Part shown: positions 1 through 11,148 of the stretch, piece after piece
How the letters are laid out: each line of letters opens with the position of its first letter
Position numbering within the stretch: position 1 is the first letter of the stretch
Assembly: GCA_027451365.1 (NCBI GenBank)
Contig: DAIDJN010000034.1
Span: forward strand, 34,268-98,267
DNA length: 64,000 bases
From: Phycisphaerales bacterium
GTDB lineage: Bacteria > Planctomycetota > Phycisphaerae > WQYP01
Reading direction: 5' to 3'
Notes under the pieces: generated by a model
Database searches by the model: none
What the model was told of the DNA's origin: nothing
The model's input: only the letters and a program-made list of their open reading frames with translations
Made by a program: the position numbers and the translations under genes

Positions 1-1
1 C

Positions 2-466
2 TCCACCGCGACCGTCACGCTGAATATTCCCGCGCAGCCGCGAAAAAAGCTTTTCATCGGAATCGTGCCGGTGTGGGTTCGTGGGCCGCCGTGGTTGCTT
101 AACCGCTATTCAATTGAAACGCAGCCCACCACGGTCAACGTCACGGTAAGCGGTGCCGCTCACCGGCTTAGCCTGCTTAAAACCCAGGTCATTCGCGGCA
201 ACGCCGCGTCGGTCCGCGGCCGCGTGATAGCCATGTTGAATCTGACGACCAATTGGCGTCCGGGCGCACATTTCGTCAGCCGGCGCGTCCATTATCATTT
301 ACCGCATGGCATCAGCCTGGTGGACGGACCAAGGCACATTCTGTGCCGGATCCAACGCCGCAAGCCCGCCACCACCACTACCCCCGCCGCCGTACAGGCT
401 CCTGCCGCAACAACCCAGTCCGCCGCCGGAACAGGCGCAAACCCAGCCGCCGCGGCCCCGCCATAA
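2..466 (+). CDS. 5'-partial protein, YbbR/CdaR-like domain with Ala/Thr/Pro-rich tail
   Basis: Frame is open from the window edge. PTTVNVTVSG...LP.GISL pattern resembles YbbR repeats. Confidence 0.45.
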   Translation, partial: STATVTLNIPAQPRKKLFIGIVPVWVRGPPWLLNRYSIETQPTTVNVTVSGAAHRLSLLKTQVIRGNAASVRGRVIAMLNLTTNWRPGAHFVSRRVHYHLPHGISLVDGPRHILCRIQRRKPATTTTPAAVQAPAATTQSAAGTGANPAAAAPP

Positions 467-660
467 AAGGCCGCCTCCGCATTTACCAGCTTTTTCGCGA
501 AACCCCGCGACCAACATCCGTATCTCTTTCGGACATTCACCGCCTATCCGTGTCGATGCTGCGGAATCGCGGGAAATGTTTTATGATAGCCGCCACACCC
601 GCATCGTGCGGTCAGATGCCGCGTGCCGGGTCATGAACATGAAATTGCGGACAGGACTCT

Positions 661-2118
661 ATGCTTCATGAATTAAGTGCACTGGAAACACGTCAACGAA
701 TCGCAGCCGGTGAAATAAGTTCCCGTCAGGCGACCGAGGCGGTCTTTGCCCGCATCCGGTCTTTGGAACCAAAACTCCACTGCTTCAACAGCACGTTTGA
801 AGACCAGGCCATGGCCCGCGCCGCGGAAATTGACCAGCTTCGCTCCGCTGGAAAGCCGCTGGGGCCGCTGGCCGGGGTGCCCATTGCCCTGAAAGATAAC
901 CTTTGCACCAACTTCGGCACCACCACCTGCTCATCAAAAATGCTGGCGGATTTTCATGCCCCCTACAACGCCACTGTCATTGAAAAGCTGTCCGCGGCCG
1001 GTGCCGTGTTTATTGGCAAAACCAATCTGGATGAATTCGCCATGGGCAGTTCCACGGAAAATTCCGCCTTCGGTCCTACCCGAAACCCTTGGAACACCAG
1101 CCGTGTCCCGGGCGGATCTTCCGGCGGGTCGGCCGCGGCGACCGCCGCCCGATTATGTGCCGCATCGCTGGGGTCAGACACCGGCGGTTCCATCCGCCAG
1201 CCCGCCTCTCTTTGCGGAATTGTGGGCCTTAAACCGACCTACGGCCTGGTATCCCGCTATGGTCTGGTCGCTTTTGCCAGTTCACTCGACCAAATCGGCC
1301 CCATGACGCGCACGGTTTCCGATGCGGCTCTGCTGTTGCAGGTCCTGGCCGGCCACGACCCTTTGGACAGCACCAGTTGGCCCGCGGATGTGCCCGATTA
1401 CCTGGACGAAATTGAAAAGCCGCTGGTTGGCGTGCGGATTGGTCTGCCTGCCGAATTTTTTGAAGCCGGCACAGACCCCGACGTTCTAAGGGCAGTGAAT
1501 ACCGCCATCGATTTTTACAAGTCCCAGGGCGCCACAGTTGTTCCCGTGAAGTTGCCGCACACAAAATATGGCATTGCCGCCTATTATGTGATCGCTCCGG
1601 CGGAAGCTTCCAGCAACCTGGCCCGCTATGACGGCGTGCATTACGGCCATCGCACCAGAAACGCTTCAGATATTTATGACCTGTATGCCGGCAGCAGGGC
1701 CGAAGGCTTTGGTCCTGAAGTACAGCGACGGATCATGCTGGGCACCTATGCGCTTTCCAGCGGATATTACGACGCCTATTATGTGCGGGCACTGAAAATT
1801 CGCACCCTGATCAAGCACGACTTTGACGAGGCGTTCAAGCAGTGCGACTTTATCGCCTGTCCCACCTCGCCGACGACGGCATTTGAGATTGGTTCAAAGA
1901 GTGGCGATCCGCTGCAGATGTATTTATGTGATGTGTTCACAGTCACGTGCAATATTGCGGGCATTCCGGGAATGAATATTCCCTGCGGCTTTTCAAAGGA
2001 ACGGCTGCCGATCGGTTTGCAGATTTTTGGTCCGACCTTCAGTGAGGCCCGGATGTTCCGCCTGGCCCGCCAGTATGAAAAGCACCATAACTGGCACACC
2101 CAAACCCCGCCGTTGTAA
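661..2118 (+). CDS. gatA: Asp/Glu-tRNA amidotransferase subunit A
   Basis: Amidase signature PGGSSGGSAAA, GSDTGGSIRQPA, SSNLARYDG, RRIMLGTYALSSGYY. Confidence 0.97.
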   Translation: MLHELSALETRQRIAAGEISSRQATEAVFARIRSLEPKLHCFNSTFEDQAMARAAEIDQLRSAGKPLGPLAGVPIALKDNLCTNFGTTTCSSKMLADFHAPYNATVIEKLSAAGAVFIGKTNLDEFAMGSSTENSAFGPTRNPWNTSRVPGGSSGGSAAATAARLCAASLGSDTGGSIRQPASLCGIVGLKPTYGLVSRYGLVAFASSLDQIGPMTRTVSDAALLLQVLAGHDPLDSTSWPADVPDYLDEIEKPLVGVRIGLPAEFFEAGTDPDVLRAVNTAIDFYKSQGATVVPVKLPHTKYGIAAYYVIAPAEASSNLARYDGVHYGHRTRNASDIYDLYAGSRAEGFGPEVQRRIMLGTYALSSGYYDAYYVRALKIRTLIKHDFDEAFKQCDFIACPTSPTTAFEIGSKSGDPLQMYLCDVFTVTCNIAGIPGMNIPCGFSKERLPIGLQIFGPTFSEARMFRLARQYEKHHNWHTQTPPL

Positions 2119-2191
2119 CGCCCGAAAAGCCGGAACAGGCAGCCGCAGCCGGGCACGGCGGCAGAGTCCGCCATACCGCCAGGAGAACCGA

Positions 2192-2782
2192 ATGGATGCA
2201 CCCGAACCGAATTTAAGCCGCAAGCCGGATGATTGGAGCGATGATGCGGAGTTGCGGCTGATTTCCCCGGTCTCCACCGCTTGGAAGGTCCGCCGACTGC
2301 TCTGGAGCATCGTCCAAGAAACCGCGTTCCGATATTCCTTCCACACGTGGTCTGGCTGGCGGGCATTTCTACTAAAGAGCTTCGGTGCAAAAATCGGTGC
2401 CCATTGCGTCATACGACGCACCGTAAAGACCTATTACCCCTGGCTCCTAGAAGTCGGAAGCCTGGTGATCATCGGAGATAAGGCCGAGCTCTACAACCTC
2501 GGGAAAATTACAATTCAAGACCGCGCAATGATTAGTCAAGAGGCCTACCTGTGCGCCGGCACACACGATTATAACAGCCCGTCCCTGCCGCTTATTACCG
2601 CTCCAATACATATCGGTTCCGACGCCTGGGTTTGCGCGAGAGCATTTATTGGCCCTGGGGTCTTTGTGGGAAACGGCTCCGTTATAGGAGCGTGCGCCGT
2701 GGCAACAAAGCGAGTTGAACCGTGGACAGTCGTGGCGGGCAATCCGGCTCGATTCGTCAAGGCAAGGCCGAGGCCGCAATGA
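2192..2782 (+). CDS. WcaF-like hexapeptide-repeat acetyltransferase (polysaccharide O-acetylation)
   Basis: ATG 2192 follows AGGAGA. ISQEAYLCAGTHDY, W..ARAFIGPGV, VVAGNPARF. Confidence 0.85.
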   Translation: MDAPEPNLSRKPDDWSDDAELRLISPVSTAWKVRRLLWSIVQETAFRYSFHTWSGWRAFLLKSFGAKIGAHCVIRRTVKTYYPWLLEVGSLVIIGDKAELYNLGKITIQDRAMISQEAYLCAGTHDYNSPSLPLITAPIHIGSDAWVCARAFIGPGVFVGNGSVIGACAVATKRVEPWTVVAGNPARFVKARPRPQ

Positions 2783-2932
2783 CAAACTGCGGCCACCCAT
2801 CATCACATCTCTCATGAACGCTACCCAATCATCCTCCGGGCGATGGGGCACCCGCGAAACCAATGGCCGCAGCCGTGCCCACAACCCGGCGGACCACGCC
2901 CGGAAAACGGCGGCCGGAAAATGATTTATGGC

Positions 2933-4132
2933 TCAATCGCCATTCAAAGACCGCAGGCGTCTCCGCACGATCTCCGCGTATTGTTTTGCCTGCCGCGACA
3001 AACCGAAATGCTCCATCGCCCGCTGCCGCCCCACCTCTCCCATCGCCGGCCATTTCGCCCGCTCACTTAAGGCCCGCAGCAGCCCGGCTCTAAACCCCGC
3101 CACCGTCGGCTCATTCACATGCCAGCCGGTCTGCCCGTCAACAACCGTTTCCGCCGGTCCGCCCAACGCATGAACCAGCACCGGCTTCCCCATCATCATC
3201 GCTTCCACGACCGAAAGCCCAAATGGCTCCGCATCGACCCTTGCATTTATGGCAACATCTATGGCCCCATAATACCGCTCCGGATCAGGCACATCGCCAA
3301 CTAAATGCAGCCTTTCCGCGACACCCAGCCGCTGGGCTAAAGCCCGCAATTCATTGCCGAACCCACCTGCTGCCGACCCGCCCAACAGCAGCAAATGCGT
3401 ATTGGCATAAGCGGCTGGCAATTGGGCCATGGCCTCCAGAACCACGGCCTGTCCCTTCGCCCTTACCAAACGCGCAAAGATAGCAAAAACTGCAGCGCCT
3501 TCCGGTATTCGGAACTCGCTTCGCGAAAATTGGTCCCGCCTTTCCGGGTTAAATCGCACCTCGTCCGCCCCAAGATAAAGAACAATCGGCTCGACCGGAA
3601 AATTTCCCAATGTCGACGCGGTATACCGGCTGTTGGCAATCGCAGTCACGCCCAGTCGTTTGATCGCCCGTTGAACCAACCACCGGTTCGCACCGAACGG
3701 ATATTTGCCCAAGGCGTTAGACATTTCCCAGAAACAAGCCACGCCCGCGTCGCTTGCGGCCATCGCTGCCAGCGGCATAAGATTCGGCCACAGAACATGC
3801 ACGGCCTGGACGTTTATCTCACGCAGGACAACGGCCAATTGGGGCCTGATCGCGATAACGGCCCGGCGAATCTGCAATTGCAACCGCAATTTGTTTATCA
3901 ATCTGCCGCGCAGAACCGGCAACGAATTTACGTTTAGCTCCCTCACCTCAAATCCCGCCGCCCGCAGGGAATCTGAAAATGCCCCCTGCCGCAAGGAAAC
4001 CACGACCGGCTCAATGCCCACGGGCCGCACCGCCCCGGTCAATCCGCGCACCGCCTGGCCCACGCCAGCGAACTCGTCACCGGCGATCAGCCACGCGATG
4101 CGAAGCCTGTCGAATTTCTCGTCCGCCGTCAA
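2933..4132 (-). CDS. GT4 family glycosyltransferase
   Basis: ARLVRAKGQ and EPFGLSVVEAM (Ex7E) motifs; TTG start. Confidence 0.9.
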   Translation of the reverse strand: MTADEKFDRLRIAWLIAGDEFAGVGQAVRGLTGAVRPVGIEPVVVSLRQGAFSDSLRAAGFEVRELNVNSLPVLRGRLINKLRLQLQIRRAVIAIRPQLAVVLREINVQAVHVLWPNLMPLAAMAASDAGVACFWEMSNALGKYPFGANRWLVQRAIKRLGVTAIANSRYTASTLGNFPVEPIVLYLGADEVRFNPERRDQFSRSEFRIPEGAAVFAIFARLVRAKGQAVVLEAMAQLPAAYANTHLLLLGGSAAGGFGNELRALAQRLGVAERLHLVGDVPDPERYYGAIDVAINARVDAEPFGLSVVEAMMMGKPVLVHALGGPAETVVDGQTGWHVNEPTVAGFRAGLLRALSERAKWPAMGEVGRQRAMEHFGLSRQAKQYAEIVRRRLRSLNGD

Positions 4133-4350
4133 TCTTTTCTTCCATTTCGATTACGTGAACCATCAGACACACATGTCGCTTGATACTATCCCCCAAAAGC
4201 CCCCGCGCCAAGGCGTTCACTAGCTCCCCGTCACAGCGGGAAAAAGCCCCGTTGTCGGCGATCGCCGCAGCAGCCAAGTGGCAACCCGGCGCGATTCATA
4301 AAAGCCCGACCGAAGCCTCAATAAAAGTAAGGTCATATACTGCCGTTACT

Positions 4351-5865
4351 CTATGAAGCACCGCCAAAAAACTTCCGCACAACAGGCACCCGCAAAACAA
4401 TTGCCCCCACCCGAGTCCAAAACTCCGCGGATTCCGCCCGGCAAACCCAGGCCCCCAAGCCGAAGAAAATAACCCCAGCCAACGCTGTTCCCACCAAGAC
4501 ATTCGCAACACCGTTCCGCCCCAATGCAGGCCAAAGCCAATCCAACAAATAAATCGGCAGCACAGCCAAGGCAGCCAATGGAAGACCGGGCACGAACACC
4601 GACATCACTTCGCGCCAGCCCATACCACAATCCCGAACTGATAGGTAAATGGAAACTGGCGACGCTAGCGCATTCTCCCCCGCGACGGCCACGGCCACGA
4701 GAAGGGGCCCCTGCCACCAGGCTCCCAAAAAAACTGCGGGTATGGCCACGATCAACATGCCAACCCAAAGAAGCATAGAAAAATTGTAACGCTGCCTCGC
4801 CTGAAGGAAGCCGGAAAGAGGCCCGTAGGTCACCGCAAATGGCGTTCCGACCGAGAGAACGGCCAAAACCTGGGCCGATTGCGCCCAGCGTGGCCCGAAG
4901 ATAACGACCACTGCCGGCTTGGCTAGAACCGCGACCACCGCACAGGCTGGTGCCGAGACAAAAACAGTTAGTCGCAGTACACGCAAAAAAGCAGCGGCCT
5001 GCCGTGGCGGATCGCCCCTTAAGCCAGCCAATACGGGAAGCAATACCTGGCCAAGATTGAAGCTCAGCAGTTGAAGAGCTTGCGTCGACAAATTCCAGCC
5101 GAAATAGAATACGCCCGCTGCGGCGACCGTTCTTATCCGACTTAAGGCCACACTGGGTAGGGCCGTCTGAAGCGCGTATACCAGCGAACTGGCAGCCAGC
5201 GGAAACGCGTCTTTTGCGATGAGACACCATCGTAAAATTCCAAGCGTCCGGTGTATACGAGAAGGTGCCCAGGCCCAGAACACACCCAAGCGAACAGCGC
5301 TAAAAATCGGCAGGGGAATTAACAAGCTGTAGGCACCGAAGCCCAGCCAAGCCAGCGCCACCGTAGTTGCCAGAACACCGAGATTGTATACAGACCCCAC
5401 GATCGCGATGCGCTTAAAATCAAGTCTCGTGTAAAGTTTGGCCATGGGAACTGAGGTCATCGCATTGACCAACATTCCCGAAGCAACAAGCCAAATAAGA
5501 CCGCGAAGTTCCGGCTGATGAAAAAAAACAGCACAAAAGGGCGCGGCGGCCGCAAGCGCAACTGTGCCCGCGAAACCCAACGCCAAATCGAACCAGAAAA
5601 CGGACGATACCCATTTCTCCAAATGAGATTGCTTGCCTATAAGAATCTGCAACAGGCCGTTATCCCGCAAGAGTTTGGGCACCGTCGCGACAGAATAGGC
5701 CAACGCAACCATGCCAAAATCGCGCGGCACCAGCAACCTCGCAAGGATTAACTGCCCGATAAACCCGGCAGCCTTCGACGAAATCGCCTGTATGAGCAGC
5801 CACAGGAACCCAGCAGAGGCCCGCTCTGTTAGAGGGGGACTCAACTTGCCTGATTCTATTGCCAT
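4351..5865 (-). CDS. wzx: Wzx-type oligosaccharide flippase (WzxC-like)
   Basis: LARLLVPRDFGMVA N-terminal motif; many hydrophobic helices over ~500 aa. Alternative GTG start at 5871. Confidence 0.88.
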   Translation of the reverse strand: MAIESGKLSPPLTERASAGFLWLLIQAISSKAAGFIGQLILARLLVPRDFGMVALAYSVATVPKLLRDNGLLQILIGKQSHLEKWVSSVFWFDLALGFAGTVALAAAAPFCAVFFHQPELRGLIWLVASGMLVNAMTSVPMAKLYTRLDFKRIAIVGSVYNLGVLATTVALAWLGFGAYSLLIPLPIFSAVRLGVFWAWAPSRIHRTLGILRWCLIAKDAFPLAASSLVYALQTALPSVALSRIRTVAAAGVFYFGWNLSTQALQLLSFNLGQVLLPVLAGLRGDPPRQAAAFLRVLRLTVFVSAPACAVVAVLAKPAVVVIFGPRWAQSAQVLAVLSVGTPFAVTYGPLSGFLQARQRYNFSMLLWVGMLIVAIPAVFLGAWWQGPLLVAVAVAGENALASPVSIYLSVRDCGMGWREVMSVFVPGLPLAALAVLPIYLLDWLWPALGRNGVANVLVGTALAGVIFFGLGAWVCRAESAEFWTRVGAIVLRVPVVRKFFGGAS

Positions 5866-6121
5866 TTGCACACCGTAGGACCGCAGTGTTCGTCGAAGTC
5901 CGATTCCAAGCGAACCCCACGCTGGAGTGCCGCATTAATACTTTAAAGATTACCGGGACGCCCGTCGACCGTCCATTGCGGCGTAACATCCGGTGCTGGG
6001 AAAGCTGAGGTGCCCGGGCCTAAATCCAAAAAAGTTAAACCGCCAGCCTCCCGGCGGCGCTGGCGTAAAGACCCAATCCACCGTAAATTTGGTTCAAACG
6101 ATTCCCTGCATAGGAGATCAA

Positions 6122-7009
6122 ATGAGTCAGAGTTACGGTCTAGGGAAAACTAATTCTCCGTCAATCCGCCAACGCCTGAAGAACCAATTGGCAAGGCGAG
6201 ACCAATTCGCAGACCGCGCGAGTTGGCTCGCCGATATGTATGTTCGCGTCCTTAACTGGAAATCGTCTCTACCGCTGCCCGGCAGAAAGCACATTTTTCG
6301 GATCAGGCCCGCTGCCGTGGCCCAACCATTAACCGTCCGGCCCAACACGACCGATTTACCCTGCTTGTGCGAAATATTTACCGCCGGCGAATACTCAGAT
6401 TATGCCGAGTTTTGCCCAAAACGGGTTAGCACGGTCTTGGATTTAGGCGGCAACGTCGGAATGTCCGTCCGATTCTGGCAGGAAAAATTCCCGGACGTCA
6501 AAATCCTGGTCGTCGAACCGGACGAAGGCAATATTGCTCAACTCATGAAGAACGTGCTTGCCGGTCCATCACCAAGCCGTGTGGAAACCGTGCAAGCCTT
6601 TGCAGCCGCAGCCGCCGGCCAGGCGGGAATTGACCGATCCTCCGGCGAGTGGACCTTCCACATGACGGAAAATTCGCATGCCGGCGAGCCATTGGTCCCG
6701 AAAATACCAGTTGGCGTGCTAATCGAAAAACTTGCTGGCACCGCCGACCAAATAAGCCTGCTGAAATGCGACGTGGAGGGTGCGGAGGCCGAAATTTTTG
6801 CCGATTGCGGCAACTGGATAAGTAAGGTAATATCCGCGGTTGTCGAAACTCACCCGCCCTATGGGCCGGCCCTTTTGCTTAACGATCTTCGGAAGGCCGG
6901 AGCTCGCATCAAGAGCCATAAGGTGATCGCGAAGGGCCAGGATCTAAATCTGTTGTGGGCGAGCCTTGGCGGCCCCGATACGGAAGACCATCCCGGTACG
7001 CGAACCTAG
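6122..7009 (+). CDS. FkbM-family SAM-dependent methyltransferase
   Basis: VLDLGGNVG, VEPD and LKCDVEGAE motifs; GGAGA before ATG 6122. Confidence 0.88.
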   Translation: MSQSYGLGKTNSPSIRQRLKNQLARRDQFADRASWLADMYVRVLNWKSSLPLPGRKHIFRIRPAAVAQPLTVRPNTTDLPCLCEIFTAGEYSDYAEFCPKRVSTVLDLGGNVGMSVRFWQEKFPDVKILVVEPDEGNIAQLMKNVLAGPSPSRVETVQAFAAAAAGQAGIDRSSGEWTFHMTENSHAGEPLVPKIPVGVLIEKLAGTADQISLLKCDVEGAEAEIFADCGNWISKVISAVVETHPPYGPALLLNDLRKAGARIKSHKVIAKGQDLNLLWASLGGPDTEDHPGTRT

Positions 7010-7074
7010 GTTTAGCGTTCTAGGATCGGCACGCGATCTGGGGAAAACGAAACTAAAAGCCAAACGGAAGGTCT

Positions 7075-7986
7075 ATGCAGGAAGAATGCGCCGCATCATT
7101 GGTCATAACCACACGCAACAGGGTAGCCGAACTGGTCCGCTCGCTTGAATCCGCAATCCGACAGACCGTTCCCCTAGATATCATCCTGCTCGACGACGCC
7201 TCTTCGGACGGAACCCCCGAGATCGTAAGACGCGAGTTTCCTTCGGTCCGCCTGATCACCAACGAGCAGAGACAGGGATACATTCGATTGCGCAATATCG
7301 GTGCACAGCTTGCAAAACGCCCCATCATATTCTCGATCGACGACGACGCTGTCTTTACGGCACCCAACATCGCAGCCAAAACGCTCGACGCCTTCCGCTC
7401 GCCTAGAGTTGGTGCCGTGGCGATTCCTTTTGTTGACGTGAATATCACCCCAGAAATGCAGCAGCAATCGCCGGACCCAAATGAACCCTATGCGACGGCG
7501 TGGTACATCGGCACCGCACACGCGCTCCGCCGCGATATCTTTCTGGCCCATGGCGGATATAATGAGCTTTTTGTTCACCAGCACGAGGAGCGCGACTATT
7601 GCGCACGAATGCTCAGCGCTGGCTACGTCGTGAGGCTCGGATATTCCGAGCCCATTCACCATTTTGCGTCGCCGAAACGGGAAACCGCTCGCCAAGATTT
7701 CTACACGGCGCGAAACAATATCCTGATTCACTGGTGCAACACGCCAAGCCCGGATATCGTGTGGCGTCTCTTCCGCTCGACCGCGGGTAACCTGATCTAC
7801 GGATTGCGCAACGGCCGCACGATCCAATTTGCAAAGGGCGTGCTAGCCGGCTGGCATGAAATAATCGGGGGCCAAATTCCTCGATCTCCGCTCCCAAAAG
7901 AAACCCATCGAATGTTTCGTCGCCTTGAGTCGTCGCCGACAAGATTAGCTGAAATAGAGCACCTACTGCCCCCTTTGGCCGACTAG
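7075..7986 (+). CDS. GT2 family glycosyltransferase
   Basis: VITTRNR, DDASSDGT, SIDDD (DxD), EERD. Confidence 0.9.
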   Translation: MQEECAASLVITTRNRVAELVRSLESAIRQTVPLDIILLDDASSDGTPEIVRREFPSVRLITNEQRQGYIRLRNIGAQLAKRPIIFSIDDDAVFTAPNIAAKTLDAFRSPRVGAVAIPFVDVNITPEMQQQSPDPNEPYATAWYIGTAHALRRDIFLAHGGYNELFVHQHEERDYCARMLSAGYVVRLGYSEPIHHFASPKRETARQDFYTARNNILIHWCNTPSPDIVWRLFRSTAGNLIYGLRNGRTIQFAKGVLAGWHEIIGGQIPRSPLPKETHRMFRRLESSPTRLAEIEHLLPPLAD

Positions 7987-8045
7987 AGATGCGAGTGATG
8001 ACCGAGCGGAAAATTCCGACGACTAGGGGAACAGGCATGCAAACA

Positions 8046-9497
8046 TTAAGCCGGACCGTCATCAGGCATCCGGCCGCTTGATTCACCGTAGACTTGCGAG
8101 TCCCCCATCTCCACCGCAGGACGTTCACCGACGAACAGGCCGCGAATAGCCAACATCAACGACAAAAGTATCGCGGCAAAGATTATGGGATCAAAGGCAA
8201 CAACCGAATCCCCACGAATCCAAAATGCAAGCCGTAACTGCAACGCTAATAAAATCGATGCACCGATGGGACCTGCCGTCATCATCTGCCGGTCAACCCA
8301 TGCAGCCAGCACCCCAATTAAAAACCCTACGACCAATACGACCCACGCGCCAGCCTGTGCCCAAGCCTCACCAACCCAGCCCGCAGAAATTGAGGTGTCG
8401 GTCCCGAATCCTTGGTTCTGCGCATTCTGGAAGGAGAATCCGACGGGCTTGGTCGGCCATAGGAACCTTGGAGCCGGCCCAACCGCAACCGCCTCATAAG
8501 AGCTGCCCCCCATCGCCGGATAATACTCCGGGTAACGAGAAATCGCAAAGGCGACCTCGTCTATTTCCTTGCCACCAATCGCGTCTGCGGTGTGCTCTAT
8601 CGCATATTCAGCCGATCCAAAAAAAGTGGCGTGTGTAATGCCAATATTACGGTATACAAGCATACCGGCCGCTAGCAGGGGAAAAATAACCGCCACAACA
8701 GCGGCAAAGCGCCAGAACCTACCACTGGGCCAAAAAAGCCACGCCGCCGCCACCGCCCCCCCGACCAGCATCGCCAAATTGGTTCGGGTTCCAGAGGCGA
8801 GAGAGAGGACCGAAACTATTCCCAAGAAAATCGCCGTCAACGGCCGAATGCGTCCCTTAAACACTAGAAGCATGCTAGCCGCTATACCGATCAACGAAAG
8901 GTCGGCAAAAACCCTTGCCAGCGCAAAGGTCCCACCGAACTCGTTGATCTGGCTGAACGCGTCCGCCGACCAGCCGCCATGGACATTCCGTGATTCTAGA
9001 AAATAATGGATGATCAACAATGGGTTATTAATGCCGGTAGCAACCACCGGCACGAACCAGAGGACAAAGAAAACAAGGCACCAGCGGTCCAACGACGCCC
9101 AATCCCTAACCCGATCGTCAAAGAACCGAATGATTCGGGAAGGCCCCATATAAGCCCGGCCGACGCGGGAACCCACGACCATTGAGATCGTGCCCAAGCC
9201 GAGGAACAGCAGGGCCTCGCCCATCGTACTGGAGGAGACGGAACTGGAATAATAGCCGCGACCGAGCATCAACCTAATGGACGGGCAGCCGCTTGCGATC
9301 CATTCCAAAATACCGGGCACGAAGATCACCGTGGTCCCCGCGAGAATAAACCCGAGTGTGGGTAAAGCTCGAGTTGACCGCGTCGCAGCGACGACCGCCG
9401 ACCCAAGCAACCAGAGGGACAACGCGAAGATTATCAGCCCAATAGCTACCATTTCCGAATGAACCCTTTCCGATCCGCCCGACAGAACGCGCCGCAA
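8046..9497 (-). CDS. Wzy-like polysaccharide polymerase (polytopic membrane protein)
   Basis: About 10-12 TM segments, SG.RT and PRFLWPTKP motifs, located in a Wzx cluster. Confidence 0.7.
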   Translation of the reverse strand: MRRVLSGGSERVHSEMVAIGLIIFALSLWLLGSAVVAATRSTRALPTLGFILAGTTVIFVPGILEWIASGCPSIRLMLGRGYYSSSVSSSTMGEALLFLGLGTISMVVGSRVGRAYMGPSRIIRFFDDRVRDWASLDRWCLVFFVLWFVPVVATGINNPLLIIHYFLESRNVHGGWSADAFSQINEFGGTFALARVFADLSLIGIAASMLLVFKGRIRPLTAIFLGIVSVLSLASGTRTNLAMLVGGAVAAAWLFWPSGRFWRFAAVVAVIFPLLAAGMLVYRNIGITHATFFGSAEYAIEHTADAIGGKEIDEVAFAISRYPEYYPAMGGSSYEAVAVGPAPRFLWPTKPVGFSFQNAQNQGFGTDTSISAGWVGEAWAQAGAWVVLVVGFLIGVLAAWVDRQMMTAGPIGASILLALQLRLAFWIRGDSVVAFDPIIFAAILLSLMLAIRGLFVGERPAVEMGDSQVYGESSGRMPDDGPA

Positions 9498-9726
9498 CGA
9501 ACATCCCTCTTATCGTCGGCCCGGGGATAGAACCATGACTAGCATTCTAATGACCGACCAGACAGGTGTAAACTTGGCCGCCGCGCCAAGAAAAATCGAT
9601 CGGGAAACAACACTCAATTCTCACGATTCAAACCCCGGGCACAGAGGCAGAAAAGCACGGAAAAACAGGCTTGTCGCAGCGGCCCGCGAGCCTAGACCCG
9701 CATCAACCCAGATTAAATCGAAGCGG

Positions 9727-10932
9727 CTAGCCAGGCCTCGTCAGATTCATACCAGAATGCACCCGGCCAGTCCCATAACCCGTTATCGCTGTAGCCACGT
9801 TCCCGGAGACCAACGTTCCCCTTGCCCCGCCAACGACTATTGATGCATCGCCCAGCGCCGCAATATTCCCTTCCACAATGTTATCAAGCCCCTCCCAAAG
9901 GTTGACCGCGCAATACCCCGGTGCGGCACCAAGTATCGTATTGCCCGCAATGATATTCCGCTGACAAGGCATGTCATTCGTGCGGACACCGAATCCACCA
10001 TTGGCACGAAGAAAATTACCGCTAACATGATTGTCCGTACAGCACTCCTCCATAGCCACGCTGTGGATGTTGCACCGCTCCACCTGGCAGCATCGAGAAC
10101 TGTTTAACGAAACCCCAGCGAAGCCTGAGCTGTAAACCTTCTCAACACGCGAGCACATGCACCCGGTCACGGTAATTCCGCCACGCCCGCCCAGCTCCGG
10201 CTCACGAAGAACAGTGATGTCGTTAATGCTTGCAAGAAGGGCGTAGTAAACCATAACGCTGCAATCGGCTCTCGCATCCACGAAGTCAATGGCAAAATTA
10301 GCCACCGTCACACTGCGTGCCGGAACGCCCATCCTCCGAATGTGCAGATACCGCTCGCCCGCGACCGCCCCCGTCGGGACAACATTTCCGTAATCATTTG
10401 CCCCAATCACGGGCCTCTTCAGGGTAACGATCGTCCGGCCGCGCTCAAGTCCGACCCGGGCCACCTCCACCAATTCACAAGGGGCTAATTCACGGAAAAT
10501 GTTAGGCGAGAGCGTACCGCCCATCTTGGCCTCGACAAGCCCGGCACCGCCGCGTCCGTTGCAAAGAAAAAGCGACTCGCCCGGTGCAATCGCATGGGAT
10601 CCGGAAAGCGTAATGGTATCTGCCGTCACCGGCTCAACGGGGTAAAGCCAGGGCGTCCTGAATTGCGGCATGACCCAGATGGTGTCCCCACCACCCGCCT
10701 GACCATGAAAATGAAAGTCGTGTGCTACGACGCTTCTTACGCCCTCACCGACGAGGGAGACGCCTACGCCGGCCACCGTCAGGGCTGCGGTCGTCCGGTA
10801 TCGACCAGCTGGCAAAAAAACGCCGGTGAAGATGCCGCTCGCGGCCGCATCAAGGGCCTTCTGAATGACCGCCGTATCGTCGTGAATCCCATCGCCGAAT
10901 GCCCCAGCTAGCCTCGCGTCAACCATTGCCAT
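9727..10932 (-). CDS. Right-handed beta-helix protein (pectate-lyase-3-like N-terminus)
   Basis: GAFGDGIHDDTAVIQKALD..VFLPAGRY start; repeated N.I/V.GN turns; no evident signal peptide. Confidence 0.75.
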   Translation of the reverse strand: MAMVDARLAGAFGDGIHDDTAVIQKALDAAASGIFTGVFLPAGRYRTTAALTVAGVGVSLVGEGVRSVVAHDFHFHGQAGGGDTIWVMPQFRTPWLYPVEPVTADTITLSGSHAIAPGESLFLCNGRGGAGLVEAKMGGTLSPNIFRELAPCELVEVARVGLERGRTIVTLKRPVIGANDYGNVVPTGAVAGERYLHIRRMGVPARSVTVANFAIDFVDARADCSVMVYYALLASINDITVLREPELGGRGGITVTGCMCSRVEKVYSSGFAGVSLNSSRCCQVERCNIHSVAMEECCTDNHVSGNFLRANGGFGVRTNDMPCQRNIIAGNTILGAAPGYCAVNLWEGLDNIVEGNIAALGDASIVVGGARGTLVSGNVATAITGYGTGRVHSGMNLTRPG

Positions 10933-11148
10933 CGTAGTTCAACTCCGTTAAGCACCGGCCCGGCCATCGCCAGGAACCAAAATGCATTATACCGCTGATA
11001 ACGCCAGTGCGCACGGCGCGGCATTTGGGTTAAGACCGTATTGATAACGCAACTTATTTTTGGCGGCCTTGACCTCCTAGAAAGCATTATGCCCAATTGC
11101 TCCACCGCGGACGAGGTGGCAATGTCAATATAAAAGATGGCCGAAAAA

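Noticed and set aside
4346..5230. 294-aa alternative-frame ORF inside wzx
   Set aside because: Arg/Gly/Cys-rich off-frame translation with no domain.
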